This document shows, one piece after another, positions 15,001 through 30,000 of a stretch of DNA of 64,000 nt (position 1 is the first letter of the stretch; every line of letters starts with the position of its first letter). The notes beneath the pieces are model-generated. The model did not search any database. It saw only the letters and a list, made by a program, of their open reading frames with translations, and was not told where the DNA came from. The stretch spans positions 31,044-95,043 of the forward strand of contig JAUCBJ010004184.1 in the NCBI GenBank assembly GCA_032718475.1, written 5' to 3'. A program made the translations under genes and the position numbers. The stretch comes from Nemertoderma westbladi (taxonomy: Eukaryota > Animalia > Xenacoelomorpha).

Positions 15001-18000
15001 TTCCACTCTTCAATCATTGCATTATTTATCTCTTCCATGCTTCATCTCTTCCATCCTTGCATTATTTATCTCTTCCATGCTTCATCTCTTCCATCCTTGC
15101 ATTATTTCTCTCTTCCATGCTTCATCTCTTCAATCCTTGCATTATTTCTCTCTTCCATGCTTCATCTCTTCAATCCTTGCATTATTTCTCTCTTCCATGC
15201 TTCATCTCTTCCATCCTTGCATTATTTCTCTCTTCCATGCTTCATCTCTTCAATCCTTGCATTATTTCTCTCTTCCATGCTTCCACTCTTCAATCATTGC
15301 ATTATTTATCTCTTCCATGCTTCATCTCTTCCATCCTTGCATTATTTCTCTCTTCCATGCTTCATCTCTTCCATCCTTGCATTATTTCTCTCTTCCATGC
15401 TTCATCTCTTCAATCCTTGCATTATTTCTCTCTTCCATGCTTCCACTCTTCAATCATTGCATTATTTATCTCTTCCATGCTTCATCTCTTCCATCCTTGC
15501 ATTATTTCTCTCTTCCATGCTTCATCTCTTCCATCCTTGCATTATTTCTCTCTTCCATGCTTCATCTCTTCAATCCTTGCATTATTTCTCTCTTCCATGC
15601 TTCCACTCTTCAATCATTGCATTATTTATCTCTTCCATGCTTCATCTCTTCAATCCTTGCATTATTTCTCTCTTCCATGCTTCCACTCTTCAATCATTGC
15701 ATTATTTATCTCTTCCATGCTTCCACTCTTCAATCATTGCATTATTTCTCTCTTCCATCCTTCCACTCTTCAATCATTGCATTATTTCTCTCTTCCATGC
15801 TTCATCTCTTCAATCCTTGCATTATTTCTCTCTTCCATGCTTCATCTCTTCAATCCTTGCATTATTTCTCTCTTCCATGCTTCATCTCTTCCATCCTTGC
15901 ATTATTTCTCTCTTCCATGCTTCATCTCTTCAATCCTTGCATTATTTCTCTCTTCCATGCTTCCACTCTTCAATCATTGCATTATTTATCTCTTCCATGC
16001 TTCATCTCTTCCATCCTTGCATTATTTATCTCTTCCATGCTTCATCTCTTCCATCCTTGCATTATTTCTCTCTTCCATGCTTCATCTCTTCAATCCTTGC
16101 ATTATTTCTCTCTTCCATGCTTCATCTCTTCAATCCTTGCATTATTTCTCTCTTCCATGCTTCATCTCTTCCATCCTTGCATTATTTCTCTCTTCCATGC
16201 TTCATCTCTTCAATCCTTGCATTATTTCTCTCTTCCATGCTTCCACTCTTCAATCATTGCATTATTTATCTCTTCCATGCTTCATCTCTTCCATCCTTGC
16301 ATTATTTCTCTCTTCCATGCTTCATCTCTTCCATCCTTGCATTATTTCTCTCTTCCATGCTTCATCTCTTCAATCCTTGCATTATTTCTCTCTTCCATGC
16401 TTCCACTCTTCAATCATTGCATTATTTATCTCTTCCATGCTTCATCTCTTCCATCCTTGCATTATTTATCTCTTCCATGCTTCATCTCTTCCATCCTTGC
16501 ATTATTTCTCTCTTCCATGCTTCATCTCTTCAATCCTTGCATTATTTCTCTCTTCCATGCTTCATCTCTTCAATCCTTGCATTATTTCTCTCTTCCATGC
16601 TTCATCTCTTCCATCCTTGCATTATTTCTCTCTTCCATGCTTCATCTCTTCAATCCTTGCATTATTTCTCTCTTCCATGCTTCCACTCTTCAATCATTGC
16701 ATTATTTATCTCTTCCATGCTTCATCTCTTCCATCCTTGCATTATTTCTCTCTTCCATGCTTCATCTCTTCCATCCTTGCATTATTTCTCTCTTCCATGC
16801 TTCATCTCTTCAATCCTTGCATTATTTCTCTCTTCCATGCTTCCACTCTTCAATCATTGCATTATTTATCTCTTCCATGCTTCATCTCTTCCATCCTTGC
16901 ATTATTTCTCTCTTCCATGCTTCATCTCTTCCATCCTTGCATTATTTCTCTCTTCCATGCTTCATCTCTTCAATCCTTGCATTATTTCTCTCTTCCATGC
17001 TTCCACTCTTCAATCATTGCATTATTTCTCTCTTCCATGCTTCATCTCTTCCATCCTTGCATTATTTCTCTCTTCCATGCTTCATCTCTTCCATCCTTGC
17101 ATTATTTCTCTCTTCCATGCTTCATCTCTTCAATCCTTGCATTATTTCTCTCTTCCATGCTTCCACTCTTCAATCATTGCATTATTTCTCTCTTCCATGC
17201 TTCCACTCTTCAATCATTGCATTATTTCTCTCTCCCGTGCTTCCACTCTTCAATCCTTGCATTATTTCTCTCTTCCATGCTTCATCTCTTCAATCATTGC
17301 ATTATTTCTCTCTTCCATGCTTCCACTCTTCAATCATTGCATTATTTCTCTCTTCCATGCTTCATCTCTTCAATCCTTGCATTATTTCTCTCTTACATGC
17401 TTCATCTCTTCAATCCTTGCATTATTTCTCTCTTCCATCCTTCCACTCTTCAATCATTGCATTATTTCTCTCTTCCATGCTTCATCTCTTCAATCCTTGC
17501 ATTATTTCTCTCTTCCATGCTTCCACTCTTCAATCATTGCATTATTTCTCTCTTCCATGCTTCCACTCTTCAATCATTGCATTATTTCTCTCTCCCGTGC
17601 TTCCACTCTTCAATCCTTGCATTATTTCTCTCTTCCATGCTTCATCTCTTCAATCATTGCATTATTTCTCTCTTCCATGCTTCCACTCTTCAATCATTGC
17701 ATTATTTCTCTCTTCCATGCTTCATCTCTTCAATCCTTGCATTATTTCTCTCTTCCATGCTTCATCTCTTCAATCCTTGCATTATTTCTCTCTTCCATGC
17801 TTCATCTCTTCCATCCTTGCATTATTTCTCTCTCCCGTGCTTCCACTCTTCAATCCTTGCATTATTTCTCTCTTCCATGCTTCATCTCTTCAATCCTTGT
17901 ATTATTTCTCTCTTCCATGCTTCATCTCTTCAATCCTTGCATTATTTCTCTCTCCCGTGCTTCCACTCTTCAATCCTTGCATTATTTCTCTCTTCCATGC

Positions 18001-21000
18001 TTCATCTCTTCAATCCTTGTATTATTTCTCTCTTCCATGCTTCATCTCTTCAATCATTGCATTATTTCTCTCTTCCATGCTTCCACTCTTCAATCATTGC
18101 ATTATTTCTCTCTTCCATGCTTCATCTCTTCAATCCTTGCATTATTTCTCTCTTACATGCTTCATCTCTTCAATCATTGCATTATTTCTCTCTTCCATGC
18201 TTCCACTCTTCAATCATTGCATTATTTCTCTCTCCCGTGCTTCCACTCTTCAATCCTTGCATTATTTCTCTCTTCCATGCTTCATCTCTTCAATCATTGC
18301 ATTATTTCTCTCTTCCATGCTTCCACTCTTCAATCATTGCATTATTTCTCTCTTACATGCTTCATCTCTTCAATCCTTGCATTATTTCTCTCTTACATGC
18401 TTCCACTCTTCAATCATTGCATTATTTCTCTCTTCCATGCTTCCACTCTTCAATCCTTGCATTATTTCTCTCTTCCATGCTTCATCTCTTCAATCATTGC
18501 ATTATTTCTCTCTTCCATGCTTCCACTCTTCAATCATTGCATTATTTCTCTCTTACATGCTTCCACTCTTCAATCATTGCATTATTTCTCTCTTCCATGC
18601 TTCCACTCTTCAATCCTTGCATTATTTCTCTCTTCCATGCTTCATCTCTTCAATCATTGCATTATTTCTCTCTTCCATGCTTCATCTCTTCAATCATTGC
18701 ATTATTTCTCTCTTCCATGCTTCCACTCTTCAATCATTGCATTATTTATCTCTTCCATGCTTCATCTCTTCAATCCTTGCATTATTTCTCTCTTCCATGC
18801 TTCATCTCTTCCATCCTTGCATTATTTCTCTCTTCCATGCTTCATCTCTTCAATCCTTGCATTATTTCTCTCTTCCATGCTTCCACTCTTCAATCATTGC
18901 ATTATTTATCTCTTCCATGCTTCATCTCTTCCATCCTTGCATTATTTATCTCTTCCATGCTTCATCTCTTCCATCCTTGCATTATTTCTCTCTTCCATGC
19001 TTCATCTCTTCAATCCTTGCATTATTTCTCTCTTCCATGCTTCATCTCTTCAATCCTTGCATTATTTCTCTCTTCCATGCTTCATCTCTTCCATCCTTGC
19101 ATTATTTCTCTCTTCCATGCTTCATCTCTTCAATCCTTGCATTATTTCTCTCTTCCATGCTTCCACTCTTCAATCATTGCATTATTTATCTCTTCCATGC
19201 TTCATCTCTTCCATCCTTGCATTATTTCTCTCTTCCATGCTTCATCTCTTCCATCCTTGCATTATTTCTCTCTTCCATGCTTCATCTCTTCAATCCTTGC
19301 ATTATTTCTCTCTTCCATGCTTCCACTCTTCAATCATTGCATTATTTATCTCTTCCATGCTTCATCTCTTCCATCCTTGCATTATTTCTCTCTTCCATGC
19401 TTCATCTCTTCCATCCTTGCATTATTTCTCTCTTCCATGCTTCATCTCTTCAATCCTTGCATTATTTCTCTCTTCCATGCTTCCACTCTTCAATCATTGC
19501 ATTATTTCTCTCTTCCATGCTTCATCTCTTCCATCCTTGCATTATTTCTCTCTTCCATGCTTCATCTCTTCCATCCTTGCATTATTTCTCTCTTCCATGC
19601 TTCATCTCTTCAATCCTTGCATTATTTCTCTCTTCCATGCTTCCACTCTTCAATCATTGCATTATTTCTCTCTTCCATGCTTCCACTCTTCAATCATTGC
19701 ATTATTTCTCTCTCCCGTGCTTCCACTCTTCAATCCTTGCATTATTTCTCTCTTCCATGCTTCATCTCTTCAATCATTGCATTATTTCTCTCTTCCATGC
19801 TTCCACTCTTCAATCATTGCATTATTTCTCTCTTCCATGCTTCATCTCTTCAATCCTTGCATTATTTCTCTCTTACATGCTTCATCTCTTCAATCCTTGC
19901 ATTATTTCTCTCTTCCATCCTTCCACTCTTCAATCATTGCATTATTTCTCTCTTCCATGCTTCATCTCTTCAATCCTTGCATTATTTCTCTCTTCCATGC
20001 TTCCACTCTTCAATCATTGCATTATTTCTCTCTTCCATGCTTCCACTCTTCAATCATTGCATTATTTCTCTCTCCCGTGCTTCCACTCTTCAATCCTTGC
20101 ATTATTTCTCTCTTCCATGCTTCATCTCTTCAATCATTGCATTATTTCTCTCTTCCATGCTTCCACTCTTCAATCATTGCATTATTTCTCTCTTCCATGC
20201 TTCATCTCTTCAATCCTTGCATTATTTCTCTCTTCCATGCTTCATCTCTTCAATCCTTGCATTATTTCTCTCTTCCATGCTTCATCTCTTCCATCCTTGC
20301 ATTATTTCTCTCTCCCGTGCTTCCACTCTTCAATCCTTGCATTATTTCTCTCTTCCATGCTTCATCTCTTCAATCCTTGTATTATTTCTCTCTTCCATGC
20401 TTCATCTCTTCAATCCTTGCATTATTTCTCTCTCCCGTGCTTCCACTCTTCAATCCTTGCATTATTTCTCTCTTCCATGCTTCATCTCTTCAATCCTTGT
20501 ATTATTTCTCTCTTCCATGCTTCATCTCTTCAATCATTGCATTATTTCTCTCTTCCATGCTTCCACTCTTCAATCATTGCATTATTTCTCTCTTCCATGC
20601 TTCATCTCTTCAATCCTTGCATTATTTCTCTCTTACATGCTTCATCTCTTCAATCATTGCATTATTTCTCTCTTCCATGCTTCCACTCTTCAATCATTGC
20701 ATTATTTCTCTCTCCCGTGCTTCCACTCTTCAATCCTTGCATTATTTCTCTCTTCCATGCTTCATCTCTTCAATCATTGCATTATTTCTCTCTTCCATGC
20801 TTCCACTCTTCAATCATTGCATTATTTCTCTCTTACATGCTTCATCTCTTCAATCCTTGCATTATTTCTCTCTTACATGCTTCCACTCTTCAATCATTGC
20901 ATTATTTCTCTCTTCCATGCTTCCACTCTTCAATCCTTGCATTATTTCTCTCTTCCATGCTTCATCTCTTCAATCATTGCATTATTTCTCTCTTCCATGC

Positions 21001-24000
21001 TTCCACTCTTCAATCATTGCATTATTTCTCTCTTACATGCTTCCACTCTTCAATCATTGCATTATTTCTCTCTTCCATGCTTCCACTCTTCAATCCTTGC
21101 ATTATTTCTCTCTTCCATGCTTCATCTCTTCAATCATTGCATTATTTCTCTCTTCCATGCTTCATCTCTTCAATCATTGCATTATTTCTCTCTTCCATGC
21201 TTCCACTCTTCAATCATTGCATTATTTATCTCTTCCATGCTTCATCTCTTCAATCCTTGCATTATTTCTCTCTTCCATGCTTCATCTCTTCAATCATTGC
21301 ATTATTTCTCTCTTCCATGCTTCCACTCTTCAATCCTTGCATTATTTCTCTCTTACATGCTTCCACTCTTCAATCATTGCATTATTTCTCTCTTCCATGC
21401 TTCCACTCTTCAATCCTTGCATTATTTCTCTCTTCCATGCTTCATCTCTTCAATCATTGCATTATTTCTCTCTTCCATGCTTCATCTCTTCAATCATTGC
21501 ATTATTTCTCTCTTCCATGCTTCCACTCTTCAATCCTTGCATTATTTCTCTCTTACATGCTTCCACTCTTCAATCATTGCATTATTTCTCTCTTCCATGC
21601 TTCCACTCTTCAATCCTTGCATTATTTCTCTCTTCCATGCTTCATCTCTTCAATCATTGCATTATTTCTCTCTTCCATGCTTCCACTCTTCAATCCTTGC
21701 ATTATTTCTCTCTTACATGCTTCCACTCTTCAATCATTGCATTATTTCTCTCTTCCATGCTTCCACTCTTCAATCCTTGCATTATTTCTCTCTTCCATGC
21801 TTCATCTCTTCAATCATTGCATTATTTCTCTCTTCCATGCTTCCACTCTTCAATCATTGCATTATTTCTCTCTTACATGCTTCCACTCTTCAATCATTGC
21901 ATTATTTCTCTCTTCCATCCTTCCACTCTTCAATCCTTGCATTATTTCTCTCTTCCATGCTTCATCTCTTCAATCATTGCATTATTTCTCTCTTCCATGC
22001 TTCATCTCTTCAATCATTGCATTATTTCTCTCTTCCATGCTTCCACTCTTCAATCATTGCATTATTTATCTCTTCCATGCTTCATCTCTTCAATCCTTGC
22101 ATTATTTCTCTCTTCCATGCTTCATCTCTTCAATCCTTGCATTATTTCTCTCTTCCATGCTTCATCTCTTCAATCCTTGCATTATTTCTCTCTTCCATGC
22201 TTCCACTCTTCAATCATTGCATTATTTCTCTCTTCCATGCTTCCACTCTTCAATCATTGCATTATTTCTCTCTTCCATGCTTCATCTCTTCAATCCTTGC
22301 ATTATTTCTCTCTCCCGTGCTTCCACTCTTCAATCATTGCATTATTTCTCTCTTCCATGCTTCCACTCTTCAATCATTGCATTATTTCTCTCTCCCGTGC
22401 TTCATCTCTTCCATCCTTGCATTATTTCTCTCTTCCATGCTTCCACTCTTCAATCCTTGCATTATTTCTCTCTTCCATGCTTCCACTCTTCAATCATTGC
22501 ATTATTTCTCTCTTCCATGCTTCCACTCTTCAATCATTGCATTATTTCTCTCTTCCATGCTTCCACTCTTCAATCATTGCATTATTTCTCTCTTCCATGC
22601 TTCCACTCTTCAATCATTGCATTATTTCTCTCTTCCATGCTTCCACTCTTCAATCATTGCATTATTTCTCTCTTCCATGCTTCCACTCTTCAATCATTGC
22701 ATTATTTCTCTCTTCCATGCATCATCTCTTCCATCCTTGCATTATTTCTCTCTTCCATGCTTCCACTCTTCAATCCTTGCATTATTTCTCTCTTCCATGC
22801 TTCCACTCTTCAATCATTGCATTATTTCTCTCTTCCATGCTTCCACTCTTCAATCATTGCATTATTTCTCTCTTCCATGCTTCCACTCTTCAATCATTGC
22901 ATTATTTCTCTCTTCCATGCTTCATCTCTTCCATCCTTGCATTATTTCTCTCTTCCATGCTTCATCTCTTCCATCCTTGCATTATTTCTCTCTTCCATGC
23001 TTCATCTCTTCAATCCTTGCATTATTTCTCTCTCCCGTGCTTCCACTCTTCAATCATTGCATTATTTCTCTCTTCCATGCTTCCACTCTTCAATCATTGC
23101 ATTATTTCTCTCTTCCATGCTTCCACTCTTCAATCATTGCATTATTTCTCTCTTCCATGCTTCCACTCTTCAATCATTGCATTATTTCTCTCTTCCATGC
23201 ATCATCTCTTCCATCCTTGCATTATTTCTCTCTTCCATGCTTCCACTCTTCAATCCTTGCATTATTTCTCTCTTCCATGCTTCCACTCTTCAATCATTGC
23301 ATTATTTCTCTCTTCCATGCTTCCACTCTTCAATCATTGCATTATTTCTCTCTTCCATGCTTCCACTCTTCAATCATTGCATTATTTCTCTCTTCCATGC
23401 TTCATCTCTTCCATCCTTGCATTATTTCTCTCTTCCATGCTTCATCTCTTCCATCCTTGCATTATTTCTCTCTTCCATGCTTCATCTCTTCAATCCTTGC
23501 ATTATTTCTCTCTCCCGTGCTTCCACTCTTCAATCATTGCATTATTTCTCTCTTCCATGCTTCCACTCTTCAATCATTGCATTATTTCTCTCTTCCATGC
23601 TTCCACTCTTCAATCATTGCATTATTTCTCTCTTCCATGCTTCCACTCTTCAATCATTGCATTATTTCTCTCTTCCATGCATCATCTCTTCCATCCTTGC
23701 ATTATTTCTCTCTTCCATGCTTCATCTCTTCAATCCTTGCATTATTTCTCTCTCCCGTGCTTCCACTCTTCAATCATTGCATTATTTCTCTCTTCCATGC
23801 TTCCACTCTTCAATCATTGCATTATTTCTCTCTTCCATGCTTCCACTCTTCAATCATTGCATTATTTCTCTCTTCCATGCTTCCACTCTTCAATCATTGC
23901 ATTATTTCTCTCTTCCATGCTTCCACTCTTCAATCATTGCATTATTTCTCTCTTCCATGCTTCCACTCTTCCACTCTTCCATCCTTGCATTATTTCTCTC

Positions 24001-27000
24001 TTCCATGCTTCCACTCTTCCATCCGTGCATTATTTCTCTCTTCCATCCTTCCACTCTTCAATCCTTGCATTATTTCTCTCTTCCATGTTTCCACTCTTCA
24101 ATCATTGCATTATTTCTCTCTTCCATGCTTCCACTCTTCAATCATTGCATTATTTCTCTCTTCCATGCTTCCACTCTTCAATCATTGCATTATTTCTCTC
24201 TTCCATGCTTCATCTCTTCCATCCTTGCATTATTTCTCTCTTCCATGCTTCATCTCTTCCATCCTTGCATTATTTCTCTCTTCCATGCTTCATCTCTTCA
24301 ATCCTTGCATTATTTCTCTCTCCCGTGCTTCCACTCTTCAATCCTTGCATTATTTCTCTCTTCCATGCTTCCACTCTTCAATCATTGCATTATTTCTCTC
24401 TTCCATGCTTCCACTCTTCAATCATTGCATTATTTCTCTCTTCCATGCTTCCACTCTTCAATCATTGCATTATTTCTCTCTTCCATGCATCATCTCTTCC
24501 ATCCTTGCATTATTTCTCTCTTCCATGCTTCCACTCTTCAATCATTGCATTATTTCTCTCTTCCATGCTTCCACTCTTCAATCATTGCATTATTTCTCTC
24601 TTCCATGCATCATCTCTTCCATCCTTGCATTATTTCTCTCTTCCATGCTTCCACTCTTCAATCATTGCATTATTTCTCTCTTCCATGCTTCATCTCTTCC
24701 ATCCTTGCATTATTTCTCTCTTCCATGCTTCATCTCTTCCATCCTTGCATTATTTCTCTCTTCCATGCTTCATCTCTTCAATCCTTGCATTATTTCTCTC
24801 TCCCGTGCTTCCACTCTTCAATCATTGCATTATTTCTCTCTTCCATGCTTCCACTCTTCAATCATTGCATTATTTCTCTCTTCCATGCTTCCACTCTTCA
24901 ATCATTGCATTATTTCTCTCTTCCATGCTTCCACTCTTCAATCATTGCATTATTTCTCTCTTCCATGCTTCATCTCTTCAATCCTTGCATTATTTCTCTC
25001 TTCCATGCTTCCACTCTTCAATCATTGCATTATTTCTCTCTTCCATGCTTCCACTCTTCCATCCTTGCATTATTTATCTCTTCCATGCTTCATCTCTTCC
25101 ATCCTTGCATTATTTATCTCTTCCATGCTTCATCTCTTCCATCCTTGCATTATTTATCTCTTCCATGCTTCATCTCTTCCATCCTTGCATTATTTCTCTC
25201 TTCCATGCTTCCACTCTTCAATCATTGCATTATTTCTCTCTTCCATGCTTCCACTCTTCAATCATTGCATTATTTCTCTCTTCCATGCTTCATCTCTTCC
25301 ATCCTTGCATTATTTCTCTCTTCCATGCTTCATCTCTTCAATCCTTGCGTTATTTCTCTCTTCCATGCTTCCACTCTTCCATCCTTGCATTATTTCTCTC
25401 TTCCATGCATCATCTCTTCCATCCTTGCATTATTTCTCTCTTCCATGCTTCATCTCTTCCATCCTTGCATTATTTATCTCTTCCATGCTTCATCTCTTCC
25501 ATCCTTGCATTATTTATCTCTTCCATGCTTCATCTCTTCAATCATTGCATTATTTCTCTCTTCCATGCTTCCACTCTTCCATCCTTGCATTATTTATCTC
25601 TTCCATGCTTCATCTCTTCCATCCTTGCATTATTTATCTCTTCCATGCTTCATCTCTTCCATCCTTGCATTATTTATCTCTTCCATGCTTCATCTCTTCC
25701 ATCCTTGCATTATTTCTCTCTTCCATGCTTCCACTCTTCAATCATTGCATTATTTCTCTCTTCCATGCTTCCACTCTTCCATCCTTGCATTATTTATCTC
25801 TTCCATGCTTCATCTCTTCCATCCTTGCATTATTTATCTCTTCCATGCTTCATCTCTTCCATCCTTGCATTATTTATCTCTTCCATGCTTCATCTCTTCC
25901 ATCCTTGCATTATTTCTCTCTTCCATGCTTCCACTCTTCAATCATTGCATTATTTCTCTCTTCCATGCTTCCACTCTTCAATCATTGCATTATTTCTCTC
26001 TTCCATGCTTCATCTCTTCCATCCTTGCATTATTTCTCTCTTCCATGCTTCATCTCTTCAATCCTTGCGTTATTTCTCTCTTCCATGCATCATCTCTTCC
26101 ATCCTTGCATTATTTCTCTCTTCCATGCTTCATCTCTTCAATCCTTGCGTTATTTCTCTCTTCCATGCTTCCACTCTTCCATCCTTGCATTATTTCTCTC
26201 TTCCATGCTTCATCTCTTCAATCCTTGCATTATTTCTCTCTTCCATGCTTCCACTCTTCAATCATTGCATTATTTCTCTCTTCCATGCTTCCACTCTTCA
26301 ATCATTGCATTATTTCTCTCTTCCATGCTTCATCTCTTCAATCCTTGCATTATTTCTCTCTTCCATGCTTCCACTCTTCCATCCTTGCATCATTTCTCTC
26401 TTCCTTGTTTCCACTCTTCAATCATTGCATTATTTCTCTCTTCCATGCTTCATCTCTTCCATCCTTGCATTATTTCTCTCTTCCATGCTTCATCTCTTCC
26501 ATCCTTGCATTATTTCTCTCTTCCATGCTTCATCTCTTCAATCCTTGCATTATTTCTCTCTTCCATGCTTCCACTCTTCCATCCTTGCATTATTTCTCTC
26601 TTCCATGCTTCATCTCTTCCATCCTTGCATTATTTCTCTCTTCCATGCTTCATCTCTTCAATCCTTGCATTATTTCTCTCTCCCGTGCTTCCACTCTTCA
26701 ATCATTGCATTATTTCTCTCTTCCATGCATCATCTCTTCAATCCTTGCATTATTTCTCTCTTCCATGCTTCCACTCTTCCATCCTTGCATCATTTCTCTC
26801 TTCCTTGTTTCCACTCTTCAATCATTGCATTATTTCTCTCTTCCATGCTTCATCTCTTCCATCCTTGCATTATTTCTCTCTTCCATGCTTCATCTCTTCC
26901 ATCCTTGCATTATTTCTCTCTTCCATGCTTCATCTCTTCAATCCTTGCATTATTTCTCTCTCCCGTGCTTCCACTCTTCAATCATTGCATTATTTCTCTC

Positions 27001-30000
27001 TTCCATGCTTCCACTCTTCAATCATTGCATTATTTCTCTCTTCCATGCTTCATCTCTTCCATCCTTGCATTATTTCTCTCTTCCATGCTTCATCTCTTCC
27101 ATCCTTGCATTATTTCTCTCTTCCATGCTTCATCTCTTCCATCCTTGCATTATTTCTCTCTTCCATGCTTCATCTCTTCCATCCTTGCATTATTTCTCTC
27201 TTCCATGCTTCATCTCTTCCATCCTTGCATTATTTCTCTCTTCCATGCTTCCACTCTTCAATCCTTGCATTATTTCTCTCTTACATGCTTCATCTCTTCC
27301 ATCCTTGCATTATTTCTCTCTTCCATGCTTAATCTCTGCCATCCTTGCATTATTTCTCTCTTCCATGCTTCCACTCTTCAATCCTTGCATTATTTCTCTC
27401 TTCCATGCTTCATCTCTTCCATCCTTGCATTATTTCTCTCTTCCATGCTTCCACTCTTCAATCATTGCATTATTTCTCTCTTCCATGCTTCATCTCTTCC
27501 ATCCTTGCATTATTTCTCTCTTCCATGCTTCCACTCTTCAATCATTGCATTATTTCTCTCTTCCATGCTTCATCTCTTCCATCCTTGCATTATTTCTCTC
27601 TTCCATGCTTCATCTCTTCCATCCTTGCATTATTTCTCTCTTCCATGCTTAATCTCTGCCATCCTTGCATTATTTCTCTCTTCCATGCTTCCACTCTTCA
27701 ATCCTTGCATTATTTCTCTCTTCCATGCTTCATCTCTTCCATCCTTGCATTATTTCTCTCTTCCATGCTTCCACTCTTCAATCATTGCATTATTTCTCTC
27801 TTCCATGCTTCATCTCTTCCATCCTTGCATTATTTCTCTCTTCCATGCTTCCACTCTTCCATCCTTGCATTATTTCTCTCTTCCATGCTTCCACTCTTCA
27901 ATCCTTGCATTATTTCTCTCTTCCATGCTTCCACTCTTCAATCCTTGCATTATTTCTCTCTTCCATGCTTCCACTCTTCAATCCTTGCATTATTTCTCTC
28001 TTCCATGCTTCCACTCTTCCATCCTTGCATTATTTCTCTCTTCCATGCTTCCACTCTTCAATCCTTGCATTATTTCTCTCTTCCATGCTTCCACTCTTCC
28101 ATCCTTGCATTATTTCTCTCTTCCATGCTTCCACTCTTCAATCCTTGCATTATTTCTCTCTTCCATGCTTCCACTCTTCAATCCTTGCATTATTTCTCTC
28201 TTCCATGCTTCCACTCTTCCATCCTTGCATTATTTCTCTCTTCCATGCTTCCACTCTTCAATCCTTGCATTATTTCTCTCTTCCATGCTTCCACTCTTCA
28301 ATCCTTGCATTATTTCTCTCTTCCATGCTTCCACTCTTCAATCCTTGCATTATTTCTCTCTTCCATGCTTCCACTCTTCAATCATTGCATTATTTCTCTC
28401 TTCCATGCTTCATCTCATCCATCCTTGCATTATTTCTCTCTTCCATGCTTCCACTCTTCCATCCTTGCATTATTTCTCTCTTCCATGCTTCCACTCTTCA
28501 ATCATTGCATTATTTCTCTCTTCCATGCTTCATCTCTTCCATCCTTGCATTATTTCTCTCTTCCATGCTTCATCTCTTCCATCCTTGCATTATTTCTCTC
28601 TTCCATGCTTCCACTCTTCAATCCTTGCATTATTTCTCTCTTCCATGCTTCCACTCTTCAATCATTGCATTATTTCTCTCTTCCATGCTTCATCTCTTCC
28701 ATCCTTGCATTATTTCTCTCTTACATGCTTCATCTCTTCCATCCTTGCATTATTTCTCTCTTCCATGCTTCCACTCTTCAATCATTGCATTATTTCTCTC
28801 TTCCATGCTTCATCTCTTCCATCCTTGCATTATTTCTCTCTTCCATGCTTCCACTCTTCAATCATTGCATTATTTCTCTCTTCCATGCTTCATCTCTTCC
28901 ATCCTTGCATTATTTCTCTCTTCCATGCTTCATCTCTTCCATCCTTGCATTATTTCTCTCTTCCATGCTTAATCTCTGCCATCCTTGCATTATTTCTCTC
29001 TTCCATGCTTCCACTCTTCAATCCTTGCATTATTTCTCTCTTCCATGCTTCATCTCTTCCATCCTTGCATTATTTCTCTCTTCCATGCTTCCACTCTTCA
29101 ATCATTGCATTATTTCTCTCTTCCATGCTTCATCTCTTCCATCCTTGCATTATTTCTCTCTTCCATGCTTCCACTCTTCCATCCTTGCATTATTTCTCTC
29201 TTCCATGCTTCCACTCTTCAATCCTTGCATTATTTCTCTCTTCCATGCTTCCACTCTTCAATCCTTGCATTATTTCTCTCTTCCATGCTTCCACTCTTCA
29301 ATCATTGCATTATTTCTCTCTTCCATGCTTCATCTCATCCATCCTTGCATTATTTCTCTCTTCCATGCTTCCACTCTTCCATCCTTGCATTATTTCTCTC
29401 TTCCATGCTTCCACTCTTCAATCATTGCATTATTTCTCTCTTCCATGCTTCATCTCTTCCATCCTTGCATTATTTCTCTCTTCCATGCTTCATCTCTTCC
29501 ATCCTTGCATTATTTCTCTCTTCCATGCTTCCACTCTTCAATCCTTGCATTATTTCTCTCTTCCATGCTTCCACTCTTCAATCATTGCATTATTTCTCTC
29601 TTCCATGCTTCATCTCTTCCATCCTTGCATTATTTCTCTCTTACATGCTTCATCTCTTCCATCCTTGCATTATTTCTCTCTTCCATGCTTCCACTCTTCA
29701 ATCATTGCATTATTTCTCTCTTCCATGCTTCATCTCTTCCATCCTTGCATTATTTCTCTCTTCCATGCTTCCACTCTTCAATCATTGCATTATTTCTCTC
29801 TTCCATGCTTCATCTCTTCCATCCTTGCATTATTTCTCTCTTCCATGCTTCATCTCTTCCATCCTTGCATTATTTCTCTCTTCCATGCTTAATCTCTGCC
29901 ATCCTTGCATTATTTCTCTCTTCCACTCTTCCACTCTTCAATCCTTGCATTATTTCTCTCTTCCATGCTTCCACTCTTCCATCCTTGCATTATTTCTCTC